From Candidatus Kapaibacterium sp. (lineage in GTDB: Bacteria > Bacteroidota > Ignavibacteria > Kapaibacteriales > UBA961): a stretch of 64,000 bases of DNA. Below the pieces are notes generated by a model. It was not told where the DNA came from. It worked only from the letters and a program-made list of their open reading frames with translations, and searched no databases. This document shows positions 51,827-60,599 of this stretch, one piece after another; position 1 is the first letter of the stretch, and each line of letters opens with the position of its first letter. The translations under genes and the position numbers were made by a program. The stretch covers positions 9,208-73,207 of the forward strand of contig JAFLBY010000001.1 in NCBI GenBank assembly GCA_017302855.1. The letters run 5' to 3'.

Positions 51827-51843
51827 TTGTCAATCATTGACAA
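51827..51843. promoter_or_regulatory. 17-bp palindrome TTGTCAAT-C-ATTGACAA 19 bp upstream of the controller gene (candidate C-box operator)
   Basis: Seen directly; perfect inverted repeat around a single central base. Confidence 0.45.
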
Positions 51844-52002
51844 ATTTAACAATAGTTTTTGGTTAAACAATCTCTATTGATTCTGCTCTCCTGTGTTCTA
51901 TCACCTATGTTTGTCTAACTGTGCTGTTCTTTCGGATGACCAATCTATTCATATTATACCCCTCAATAACCATTTGCCCCAGAAAGCGGCTCATTTCTAT
52001 TA

Positions 52003-52096
52003 TCCATCGGAAGAAATAGGGCTTTGTTTCGGTCATCTTCGCCGCCAATCGGAAGAAAAGTAGTTTCGTTTCGGTCATCTTCGCCGCCCATCGCCT
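52003..52096. repeat. Imperfect ~44-bp direct repeat x2 (core tttcggtcatcttcgccgcc)
   Basis: Seen directly. Confidence 0.5.
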
Positions 52097-52242
52097 TGTA
52101 TGAATCAGATTCTCTTTTGTATAGGGTAAAAAGGGGCTGAGATATATCGAAAATGCAATGAGATGAGGCAAAGTTTTGGCTTTATGAACCGAAAACTGCC
52201 TGTTTTGCCCTAAAAACGCGGAAAGTTGTATAAGAAATGGCG

Positions 52243-52557
52243 GTTTCCTGCTCAATTCAAGTGGTTTCCTGTTCAATTCAAGTGGTTTCCTGTTCAATTC
52301 AAGTGGTTTCCTGTTCAATTCAAGTGGTTTCCTGTTCAATTCAAGTGGTTTCCTGTTCAATTCAAGTGGTTTCTTGCTCAATTCAAGTGGTTTCCTGTTC
52401 AATTCAAGTGGTTTCTTGCTCAATTCAAGTGGTTTCCTGTTCAATTCAAGTGGTTTCCTGTTCAATTCAAGTGGTTTCCTGTTCAATTTAAGTGGTTTCC
52501 TGTTCAATTTAAGTGGTTTCCTGTTCAATTTAAGTGGTTTCCTGTTCAATTTAATGA
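52243..52557. repeat. Tandem array of about 14.5 copies of a 21-bp unit (ggtttcctgttcaattcaagt) with a few point variants (cttgctc; caattta)
   Basis: Seen directly. The array is head-to-tail with no spacers, so it is not a CRISPR array. Confidence 0.9.
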
Positions 52558-52796
52558 GGTTTTGCAGCATCCGATGAAGGTTTTGATACATTTCATTCGC
52601 TCTTTATGGTATATGGTCGAGGTTTTTGTGTATCCGAGAGGGGCTTCAGGGCATTTGTCTGCGTTTTTTATGAATATGATTAAGAAGATTCCTCACACAA
52701 TGCGGTTTTTTGTGCATTTGAGCGGAAGGATGAGCCATTCGTTGCAAGAGTTTGTGCATCCGAAGCAATCGTTATTGCTTGTTTTGATGTGTTTTG

Positions 52797-53720
52797 TTAT
52801 GATTGCTGCGTATTGAGTATAGCCCTAAGAGAGTCATGTTGTTGTTGGGAAATCATTGCATAGCTGTATGCGATGGTCGCGGTGGCATTGCTGAAGTATT
52901 TGTATGAAGTCTGAATGTCGGTAGTATCTGCCAGAGCATCAATGTGATGACTGACGGTATGGGTATCGCCGCGAGAGATGGGTCCGGTCAAGGGAGGAAT
53001 GTCCGCGTCGAGTGTGTTGAGGCAATTTTCTACTGCGGTGAGAATGATGGGTGGTAAAAAGAGTTCGGGTTCTATGCCTGCTTGGTTTGCTAATGATTTT
53101 GCATGGGTTATTGCTGCCACAAGAAAGTTCGATGCCGCCACTGCCGCGGCGTGGTATTGTGCTTTGTGTTGGCGGGTATAGTCGCTAAGAATGATGGGAT
53201 TGCCGCCCAAAGCCATGACGAAAGCGGAAAGTAAGTCTTCGCTGTCGCTCATGCAATCAATGCCCCATGCGATGTCACGCAAGACGGTATCGGTTTCGCC
53301 CGTGAAGGTTTGGAAGGGATGAATGGCAGCACAGATCGCGCCGTTCATCATACATTCGGTTAAGGGTTCTATGCTGTATGCGCCGGAACAATGCACGATG
53401 GTACATCCGGCGAGAGATGCTCCAAAATGCGCTGCCACATCGGCAGACACTGTCTCAATGGCACTATCAGGCACGGCAAGGATAAGGAGTTGGGGCGGAT
53501 GGGGTATATAGTCAAGTTCTTGGAGTAAGGGGATTTCCGTTGGCAATATGGAGGTAAGTTGCTCCAAACGCGCACCGGAACGAATCAGCATCCATTCAAG
53601 TTTGTGCATTTTTGCAGTTGCCATTGCTAATGTTGTCCCCAATTTTCCACCACCGATAATGCCGACGGTCGGTACTGTGTCAGCGGAGCCAAAGACCCCA
53701 CCCCCTGCATAGTGTGCCAT
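52797..53720 (-). CDS. Rossmann-like / DUF2520-domain protein (predicted NAD(P)-dependent oxidoreductase)
   Basis: VGIIGGGKLGTTLA dinucleotide-binding start; 307 aa. Confidence 0.45.
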   Translation of the reverse strand: MAHYAGGGVFGSADTVPTVGIIGGGKLGTTLAMATAKMHKLEWMLIRSGARLEQLTSILPTEIPLLQELDYIPHPPQLLILAVPDSAIETVSADVAAHFGASLAGCTIVHCSGAYSIEPLTECMMNGAICAAIHPFQTFTGETDTVLRDIAWGIDCMSDSEDLLSAFVMALGGNPIILSDYTRQHKAQYHAAAVAASNFLVAAITHAKSLANQAGIEPELFLPPIILTAVENCLNTLDADIPPLTGPISRGDTHTVSHHIDALADTTDIQTSYKYFSNATATIAYSYAMISQQQHDSLRAILNTQQS

Positions 53721-53723
53721 AAC

Positions 53724-55181
53724 TTACCTTTCGTTTACTTCAAGTGTATATCCTTCTTTTGTATCTTTCAGTGTATATCCTTTTTCTGCAATGGCAGCAC
53801 GCAAACTGTCGGCTTCGGCAAAGTTTTTGTCTTTTTTTGCTTGGAGTCTGCGTTCGGCAAGTGCAATAATCTCATCGGGAATGATGATATGTTCTTGCGG
53901 CTTTGCTTCTATGTTCCACACGCCGAATATGTCATTGATAGTACGAAATTCCTCAATAAGAGCCAATTTGCTTTCGGCTGTCAATGTGGCGGGATTGGTA
54001 TTGTTGATAAAGCTGAAGAGAATCTCAAGTGCTTTGGGTGTGTGAAGATTATCAGCCAAAGCGGTTGCCACATCGTGGAATACAGTTGCCGAAGCATCGC
54101 CATTGATGCGGGTGTCGAAGAGCGCATAGACAAAATCTTGGACACGTTTTCTGGCTTTTTGCACAGCATCCAAACCGCTGAATGTGAAGTTTATCACAGA
54201 GGAATAATGTCCCGAGAGCATGAGGAAGCGAATATCGAGCGGATCATACCCTTTGTCGGTGATGTCACGCAAGGTATAGAAGTTGCCGAGCGATTTACTC
54301 ATTTTTTTGCCTTCTACTTCCAAGAATTCATTGTGGCACCAATAGTTGGCAGTGTCCAAACCATAGCCGGCTTTGCTTTGGGCTATCTCATCTTCATGAT
54401 GGGGAAATCGCAAGTCCACGCCGCCTGTGTGAATATCTAAGGGTAATCCGAGAATGTCTTGCCCCATAGCGGAACATTCGATATGCCATCCGGGACGACC
54501 GGGGAGATTGTAACCATTATAGGGGAAATCCCAGTATGGTTCATTGTTCTTACGTGCTTTCCAAAGGACAAAATCACTGACACTTTCTCTGTCATACTCA
54601 TCGGCATCAATGCGCACTCCGGCTTTGAAATGCTCTGTATCAACGGTAAAGAGTTTGCCATAATGCTCTTGTGCCATCCAATCGCCCAAGGCGAAATAGA
54701 CATTGCCCTCAGAAACATAGCCATAGCCATTGTCAATGATATTGCGTATGAGTTGTTGCATCGGCTCAATATAATCCGTTGCGCGGGGCATGGTATGGAA
54801 ATGCGCCGTTTGAATACCGACGCTTTGTATGTCTTCAATGAATTTTTGAGCAAAATATTCCGTAAAGAGTCGAAGATTATGGTTGGGGTCATCGGATTGT
54901 ATTCCCATGTCATTTAGCCATTCTTTACTGCCTATTGCGCTGTCACGTATTGTTTTGTCATCAATATCGGTGATATTCATAACCCATTGTACATCGTACT
55001 TGCCCACAATGCGCAAGACTCTTTGCAGCAGATCGGAAAATAAGAATGAGCGAATATTGCCGATGTGAATATAATTATAGACCGTGGGTCCGCATGTATA
55101 TACTTTTACTGTTGAGCCGCCGGAAACGGATTGGAAATCTTCTATTGTTTTGGATAAAGTGTTAAATAATCGTATGGTCAT
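53724..55181 (-). CDS. cysS: Cysteine--tRNA ligase
   Basis: CGPTVYNYIHIGNIRSF (HIGH region) and KMSKSLGN motif; 485 aa. Confidence 0.9.
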   Translation of the reverse strand: MTIRLFNTLSKTIEDFQSVSGGSTVKVYTCGPTVYNYIHIGNIRSFLFSDLLQRVLRIVGKYDVQWVMNITDIDDKTIRDSAIGSKEWLNDMGIQSDDPNHNLRLFTEYFAQKFIEDIQSVGIQTAHFHTMPRATDYIEPMQQLIRNIIDNGYGYVSEGNVYFALGDWMAQEHYGKLFTVDTEHFKAGVRIDADEYDRESVSDFVLWKARKNNEPYWDFPYNGYNLPGRPGWHIECSAMGQDILGLPLDIHTGGVDLRFPHHEDEIAQSKAGYGLDTANYWCHNEFLEVEGKKMSKSLGNFYTLRDITDKGYDPLDIRFLMLSGHYSSVINFTFSGLDAVQKARKRVQDFVYALFDTRINGDASATVFHDVATALADNLHTPKALEILFSFINNTNPATLTAESKLALIEEFRTINDIFGVWNIEAKPQEHIIIPDEIIALAERRLQAKKDKNFAEADSLRAAIAEKGYTLKDTKEGYTLEVNER

Positions 55182-55207
55182 GATAATGTTGAATAGTATC
55201 GAGAAGT

Positions 55208-55444
55208 TTAATGAATGATGAATGAGAAAACGAATGATTGTGTTGTATTGGTAATGCGTATAAAGTAAAGTCCGGAGCTAAGTCCCGCAGTGCTGATAGT
55301 TGTGACAGTGTCCGTACATCGTGTAGAAGACAGTGAATTACCGACAAGTGAATATAATTCTGCCTTCATGCCTTGTGCGCCATGAAGATTGAGATTATTG
55401 TTGATATAGTCATAGGCAATGCTTATGTCTTGAGTGGGAATATC
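55208..55444 (-). pseudogene. Out-of-frame T9SS C-terminal sorting domain belonging to the upstream metalloprotease (frameshift or error at ~55445)
   Basis: My own translation of the adjacent minus-strand frame gives DALLFPLEDIPTQDISIAYDYINNNLNLHGAQGMKAELYSLVGNSLSSTRCTDTVTTISTAGLSSGLYFIRITNTTQSFVFSFIIH, a good T9SS CTD match ending at the cysS start. Confidence 0.5.
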
Positions 55445-55445
55445 T

Positions 55446-57740
55446 TCAAGAGGAAACAGCAGCGCATCCTATTTGATTGGTGACACGCACAGAATATATG
55501 CCATTGTTTGCAGGTACGAAACGATTGCCCGTTGCATTGGGAATAGGATTTCCGTCGAGCAACCATTGAATGATTCCGGTAGCATTAACGGAAAGAGTGT
55601 CGCCTTTGCGGGCAATGACGGGTTTGATATTTTCTAAGACTGTTACTGTGACGGTATCACGCCCGATGCAACCATTTTTATCGGAAACGATAACGGTATA
55701 GACAGTTGTTGTTGTGGGTTTTACTCTGGCGACTGCGTTAGTACGTCCGGACACAATACTTGCTGCGGGTGACCAAGAGAATGTATAGGGGCTTGTTCCT
55801 CCCGAGATAATGTCTGTGCCACCGATGGTAAGAGTGGAGTCTTTGCAAATGGTGAACGAGGGTATGGTTGCAATGCGTGGAGCATCATAGACAGTAATAT
55901 AGTTTTTGCGAATAACGGTATCTGCCCATTCGCCATTATTTGCAATTAAGCGAACAGAATACTGACCGGGCTTGGTGAAAGTGGTTGTAGGATTTTCTTT
56001 AAAATCATCATTTGCACCATCGCCATCGGTATCCCATAAATAAAATTCCGGTGAATTAACCGATAAATTTTTGAAGTCCACCGTCAAAGGTGCGCAACCT
56101 TCTATCGGGGTTTTGGTGTCATGTGAGAACCATGCTTTGGGGTAGTCCGCGCTGCATTGATCTGTGGGTATGCGGCTGAATTTTTCGACTGCACTGCAAC
56201 GCAAAGCTATACTGCTATCATTAATCACAATACCTGCGGGTATATCGGTGAAGGCATTGAGCGAACGGCGGAATGTACTGGTATCAATAGCAAAATTCAT
56301 TACTTTGCTTGGGTCAATGATGTGTCCAAGTTGATGTGCATGACCTAACTCATGGGTTATAATTGATTCAAGGTCATATTTACCAACGGAATCTAATTCC
56401 GTTGAATAATTCCAATTGATGTCCTTATTAATAACCATATCCATTTCGATAATGGTGAAATAACGCATTTCATCAGACCCTAAGCATGGTTGATTTACCC
56501 AAATACTGCTTGTATAAGCAAGTACACCAACAAAAGGCATAGGACAACCGACGCTCGATAAAGCAACGGTGTTGATATTGTCATTTTTTGCACAATTTGC
56601 AGTTGAGGTTTCATCGCTATAGCTGAAATTTATGCCAGTGCCGCAACGCCATGTCTCCAAAGAGCGTTTAAAGACATTAACGGCTTGCGTGTTTTGTTTG
56701 AGTGCAAAACTCGGGCGAAAGGTATAGCCGCCAAAACCATTTTGATTAATGAAGTGCGGTCGAAACGTTTCATACACAGGCGGGTTGGTTTGATTTGTCT
56801 GGTATGTACGGCTGTTCACGGAAGAAATCACGGTAAGAACTTGGGTACTTGTGACACTCAGCCCGGATTCGCGTTTGACACGGACAAGACCTGTGCCGGC
56901 AGATACATTTTTCGTTTCGTTTAAGGTGTACCAATCTCCCCCGGGTACAATAACTTTGATGATACCCGGTTGCCAAAGAATAATATGATTAGGAGGTACG
57001 CTTATCCATGTTTGTCCCCCATCATCGGCATTTTTGAACTCAACGGTCGCTTGATTACGAAAAGTGCCGAAACTTACTCCATCCTCTAAGAAAATGGTCA
57101 ATGTATCTTTAAGTCCACCGCGAACTAAAGTTGGGGTGATGCTGATTATGTCCGCTGCCACAGATTGATGCGTTTGCTCATCTTTATGAGGGATTGCAAT
57201 AAAATCGTCAGCGTTAAAAGAAGATACAATGTTTTCGTTGCCGCCTATATGGTTTCGTATGGGGATATAGAGTTCATGAGAAATATCTGTATAGCGGTGA
57301 AACATATCGGAGGCAAAGCCCTCATGTTTATGATAGGTAACAAGCGATTGTTGAGCAGCAAAGGCATAAAAACGAGGTATGGATGATGAGGTTTGCAAAT
57401 CGGGTCGATGCGATACCATAAACAAACCGGTTTGTCCATTATGCGCGGTAAATGTTGGTTCGACTACTTGAAAAGTGCCATTGTAAAAACCACCCGGGCT
57501 TATGACCTCTACTTCGGATGCAGCAACCGTACCTTTGAATACTTTGTGAACAGTTACACGGAACACCGTATAAATGGTATTGTCTAACGATAATGAGTAA
57601 GAAGAAATAACCGTTCCTTCTATAACAATATCAGCCATGCCAACACGTAAAGAAAGTGGTAATTTGACCATATCACTATGGGAGAATGCTGTGCCCAAAG
57701 TAGCGGCAAATAACAAAGCAATAAACAGGAGCGTTTTCAT
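55446..57740 (-). CDS. Secreted metzincin-family zinc metalloprotease with Ig/PKD-like domains; the T9SS sorting domain lies downstream in another frame
   Basis: Signal peptide; HELGHAHQLGH (HExxHxxGxxH); C-terminal beta-sandwich domains. Confidence 0.7.
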   Translation of the reverse strand: MKTLLFIALLFAATLGTAFSHSDMVKLPLSLRVGMADIVIEGTVISSYSLSLDNTIYTVFRVTVHKVFKGTVAASEVEVISPGGFYNGTFQVVEPTFTAHNGQTGLFMVSHRPDLQTSSSIPRFYAFAAQQSLVTYHKHEGFASDMFHRYTDISHELYIPIRNHIGGNENIVSSFNADDFIAIPHKDEQTHQSVAADIISITPTLVRGGLKDTLTIFLEDGVSFGTFRNQATVEFKNADDGGQTWISVPPNHIILWQPGIIKVIVPGGDWYTLNETKNVSAGTGLVRVKRESGLSVTSTQVLTVISSVNSRTYQTNQTNPPVYETFRPHFINQNGFGGYTFRPSFALKQNTQAVNVFKRSLETWRCGTGINFSYSDETSTANCAKNDNINTVALSSVGCPMPFVGVLAYTSSIWVNQPCLGSDEMRYFTIIEMDMVINKDINWNYSTELDSVGKYDLESIITHELGHAHQLGHIIDPSKVMNFAIDTSTFRRSLNAFTDIPAGIVINDSSIALRCSAVEKFSRIPTDQCSADYPKAWFSHDTKTPIEGCAPLTVDFKNLSVNSPEFYLWDTDGDGANDDFKENPTTTFTKPGQYSVRLIANNGEWADTVIRKNYITVYDAPRIATIPSFTICKDSTLTIGGTDIISGGTSPYTFSWSPAASIVSGRTNAVARVKPTTTTVYTVIVSDKNGCIGRDTVTVTVLENIKPVIARKGDTLSVNATGIIQWLLDGNPIPNATGNRFVPANNGIYSVRVTNQIGCAAVSS

Positions 57741-57900
57741 ACTACACTCGCATAATAAGTGGAAAAAGAAAAATTCAAAGAACGAAATTACTAATATTTT
57801 ACGCCTGTTATATCATTTTTCACGTATTGACGGTATTTTAGGGCTATTGGCGGAGTCTTTGGACAGATTTCAATAACTAAAACCGCAGGAAATACAGAAG

Positions 57901-59265
57901 ATGAAAATACAAGAGCAATACACAGTTAATATGCTAATAACGATGGTCAAAGCACCGTTACATATATCACGCATATCATTTCTTATAAGTGTGGTCTTAG
58001 TCGCTTTGCTCATGCGACTGGGACTGGTGGGATTCGTAGGACAAATACGAGGTACACAGATGTACGAACCATTACAGATAGCTAAAAATATTACAACAGG
58101 ATATGGTTTTTCCTTACATTGGCAATATGAATCAAGTATTCCGGAACGACATAAACTTATGGAAGAAGTATCGGCACCGCCTTATGGCACGACATTTATT
58201 CCCCCGATAGTACCATATATCTATTCATCTATTATTACGATAATGGGATGGAACGATACAACGCTCTTCGTGATAATGATAGTGCAGGCGTTTATAGGGG
58301 CATTGTTACCTTTTTTTGTGTATTATGCCACGCTTCAGTTTTTTGATGACACAGCGTCTCGTTATGCTGCTATACTTAGTTTGCTGTATTTTCCCGTAGC
58401 CATGACTGCCATTACATTTAGTGGGTCTGTTTTGTATTCTCTGTTCGGTGTGGCATTATTATGGTCAATAGGAAAAATGCGACACGCAAAAACATCCACG
58501 TATTTTTTCGCTTTTGGGGTTGTGTCCGGGTTACTAAGTTTGACCCGCAGCGAATGGTATTATATCTTTTTTATTCTTGTTGCAATAATTGTGTTCTATA
58601 GGTCTATATTCTTTGAAAAACCATACTATGCTCGCAAATTATCCGTTGCCGTATTGATGTTTTTTATGACAACAGGGTGGTGGACTACCCGTAATTATCA
58701 AGAGTTTGGCAGAATCATTCCGGTAACAGGGCATCCGTGGCGAGAAATGTGGCGCGGTTTTAACTTATATTCAACGGGGTCGGGAACGAATGCTCAAGGA
58801 TTGAGTATATGGGAACACAGAGCCGAGTATGAACATATACGGAAACAATTGGATGCCATTCCTATGGACGTGTCCTTTGAGGAAAAAGCCGATCAGATAT
58901 ATAAAAACGAAGTATTGACTTTCTGGAGGCAGCACCCTTCTGAGTCTATTGTGTTAATGATAAAAAAAATAGTAATGTTGTGGACTATTGACATATATTA
59001 TGACAAAGCAAATCATGTGTTATATATATTTCCACAGCTATTGCTTTGTGCATTAATCTTTATAGGGTATGTTAATGTTTTCCATAAGGATAAAAGAAGT
59101 GTTATTCTGTGGGGTACATTGTTTGTATGCTTATCATCTGTGTTTTCGTTGACATACATTTTACCACGATATCAAAGTTATATATTCCCGATGTTTTTAC
59201 CATTGTGTGGTCACGCAATACAGATTCTATACTCTAAAATTATGGCGATGAGACTTAACCCTTAG
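57901..59265 (+). CDS. Polytopic membrane protein, possibly a GT-C-fold glycosyltransferase (ArnT/PMT-like)
   Basis: 454 aa with >=10 TM helices. Located in a cluster with GT87-like and GT4 genes. Confidence 0.3.
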   Translation: MKIQEQYTVNMLITMVKAPLHISRISFLISVVLVALLMRLGLVGFVGQIRGTQMYEPLQIAKNITTGYGFSLHWQYESSIPERHKLMEEVSAPPYGTTFIPPIVPYIYSSIITIMGWNDTTLFVIMIVQAFIGALLPFFVYYATLQFFDDTASRYAAILSLLYFPVAMTAITFSGSVLYSLFGVALLWSIGKMRHAKTSTYFFAFGVVSGLLSLTRSEWYYIFFILVAIIVFYRSIFFEKPYYARKLSVAVLMFFMTTGWWTTRNYQEFGRIIPVTGHPWREMWRGFNLYSTGSGTNAQGLSIWEHRAEYEHIRKQLDAIPMDVSFEEKADQIYKNEVLTFWRQHPSESIVLMIKKIVMLWTIDIYYDKANHVLYIFPQLLLCALIFIGYVNVFHKDKRSVILWGTLFVCLSSVFSLTYILPRYQSYIFPMFLPLCGHAIQILYSKIMAMRLNP

Positions 59266-60521
59266 AATCCTTTTCATGTATAATGTTCTGATTATAATAT
59301 GTGTGTATTAATGGTATGGCAAAAAGAAAAAGTAAGAACCAACGCGAAAAATATAAATGAAAAAACATATCGGGAAGACGTGATTGTAAGCGTAATAATG
59401 CTTCGTCACCTATTTTAGGTATGCATAAAGCAATAAGTATAATCATTGTCAGATATAACAACAATGAGCTCTTATTGTGCTGTGATAATCCGATGCTGTA
59501 TAAAATGCCGAGAATTGGTAAACATAAAACATACACATATTCCCATCCCAAAGGACTTAAAAGAGGCATACTTGCTATTATCACAGAACAAACAAAAAAA
59601 CTGTAAAAAGAGTGGTTGTGCTTTAGCAAAGATCGAACAGCCCAAATGATGCCGGATATTTGGGTTAGAAGTACCATTGCTTTTACCACAGGTGCAATGC
59701 GCACAATAGTCCAAGAACCTGCATTAAATTCAGGTGTAAGAATACGCATGACTATGCCGGAAAATGATTGATTAAACCCACTTAAACAGGTGTAATCGGA
59801 AAGCAAGGGCATATATTTGGTAAAATAAAATATGTATAATGAAGGAGGAATAAGTACTAATGATATAATCTGAATCCCTACAAAAGCAGCCATAATACTG
59901 AGTACTTGTTTTGTTCGCTGTGGAGATATTGTGTTCTGAAACACAAGTGCAATAAGAGGCGCAAGCAAATACCGGATAGAGTTTAAACCCAAAACCGCAT
60001 GAAATAAAGACAGCCGACAGAGTGTATCTTTTGCGCAACATAAATAAAACAGATATAATGCATAATAATACAATAATGCCATTGATTTGAGCATGTTTGG
60101 CGTTTTGAGTGACAGGGGCTAATCCGGCGCATAACAGTAAAAACCATAGCTGTTGTAAGCGCGAAATGTGGAATTGTGAATACGTTCGTACAAGTATGAG
60201 TGTTATATATCCGACGGCAACACAACAAGCTGTGTTCAGTAAAGAAAAAAGTATATAGGAAACAGAAAAAGGCAGTAAAGATAATGGATAAAAGAGTAGC
60301 ATAGAAAAGGGAGGATAATTAAAAGACCCGCCTTTTGCATCCGGTGCCGACAAAGCATACACAGAGTTTTTGTCTATAGAAAAATGTTGTGCAGCTTGGT
60401 AATAGACAGAGTAATCCGTGTAAAGTTCTTGCCCGCTAAGTATGGGAATATAATATTTTTGTGCTGTATAGAAAAAACCATAGAGTATCGAAAAAAAAGT
60501 AATGATAACGGTGATGAACAA
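59255..60521 (-). pseudogene. GT87/DUF2029-like membrane glycosyltransferase split into two overlapping ORFs (59772..60521 and 59255..60094) by an apparent frameshift
   Basis: The N-terminal ORF has YPPFSMLLFYPLSLLP and GFGFKLYP motifs, then degenerates. The second ORF continues with TM helices in another frame. Overlap 59772-60094. Confidence 0.45.
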
Positions 60522-60599
60522 AAAAATGTGATTAAATTTCGATTTTCGATTATGAATTTATTAAACATTTTTCTCTATGGAATATGAGGAAAGCGTGAT

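Noticed and set aside
52243-52557. Possible CRISPR array
   Set aside because: The repeats are contiguous with no spacers and only 21 bp long. No cas genes are nearby.
51905-52816. ORFs of 228 aa (minus) and 196 aa (plus) translating as LNRKPLE / FKWFPVQ heptad repeats
   Set aside because: Both are direct translations of the 21-bp tandem DNA repeat on opposite strands, and their non-repeat parts look like noise. I treat the locus as non-coding repeat DNA unless expression data say otherwise.
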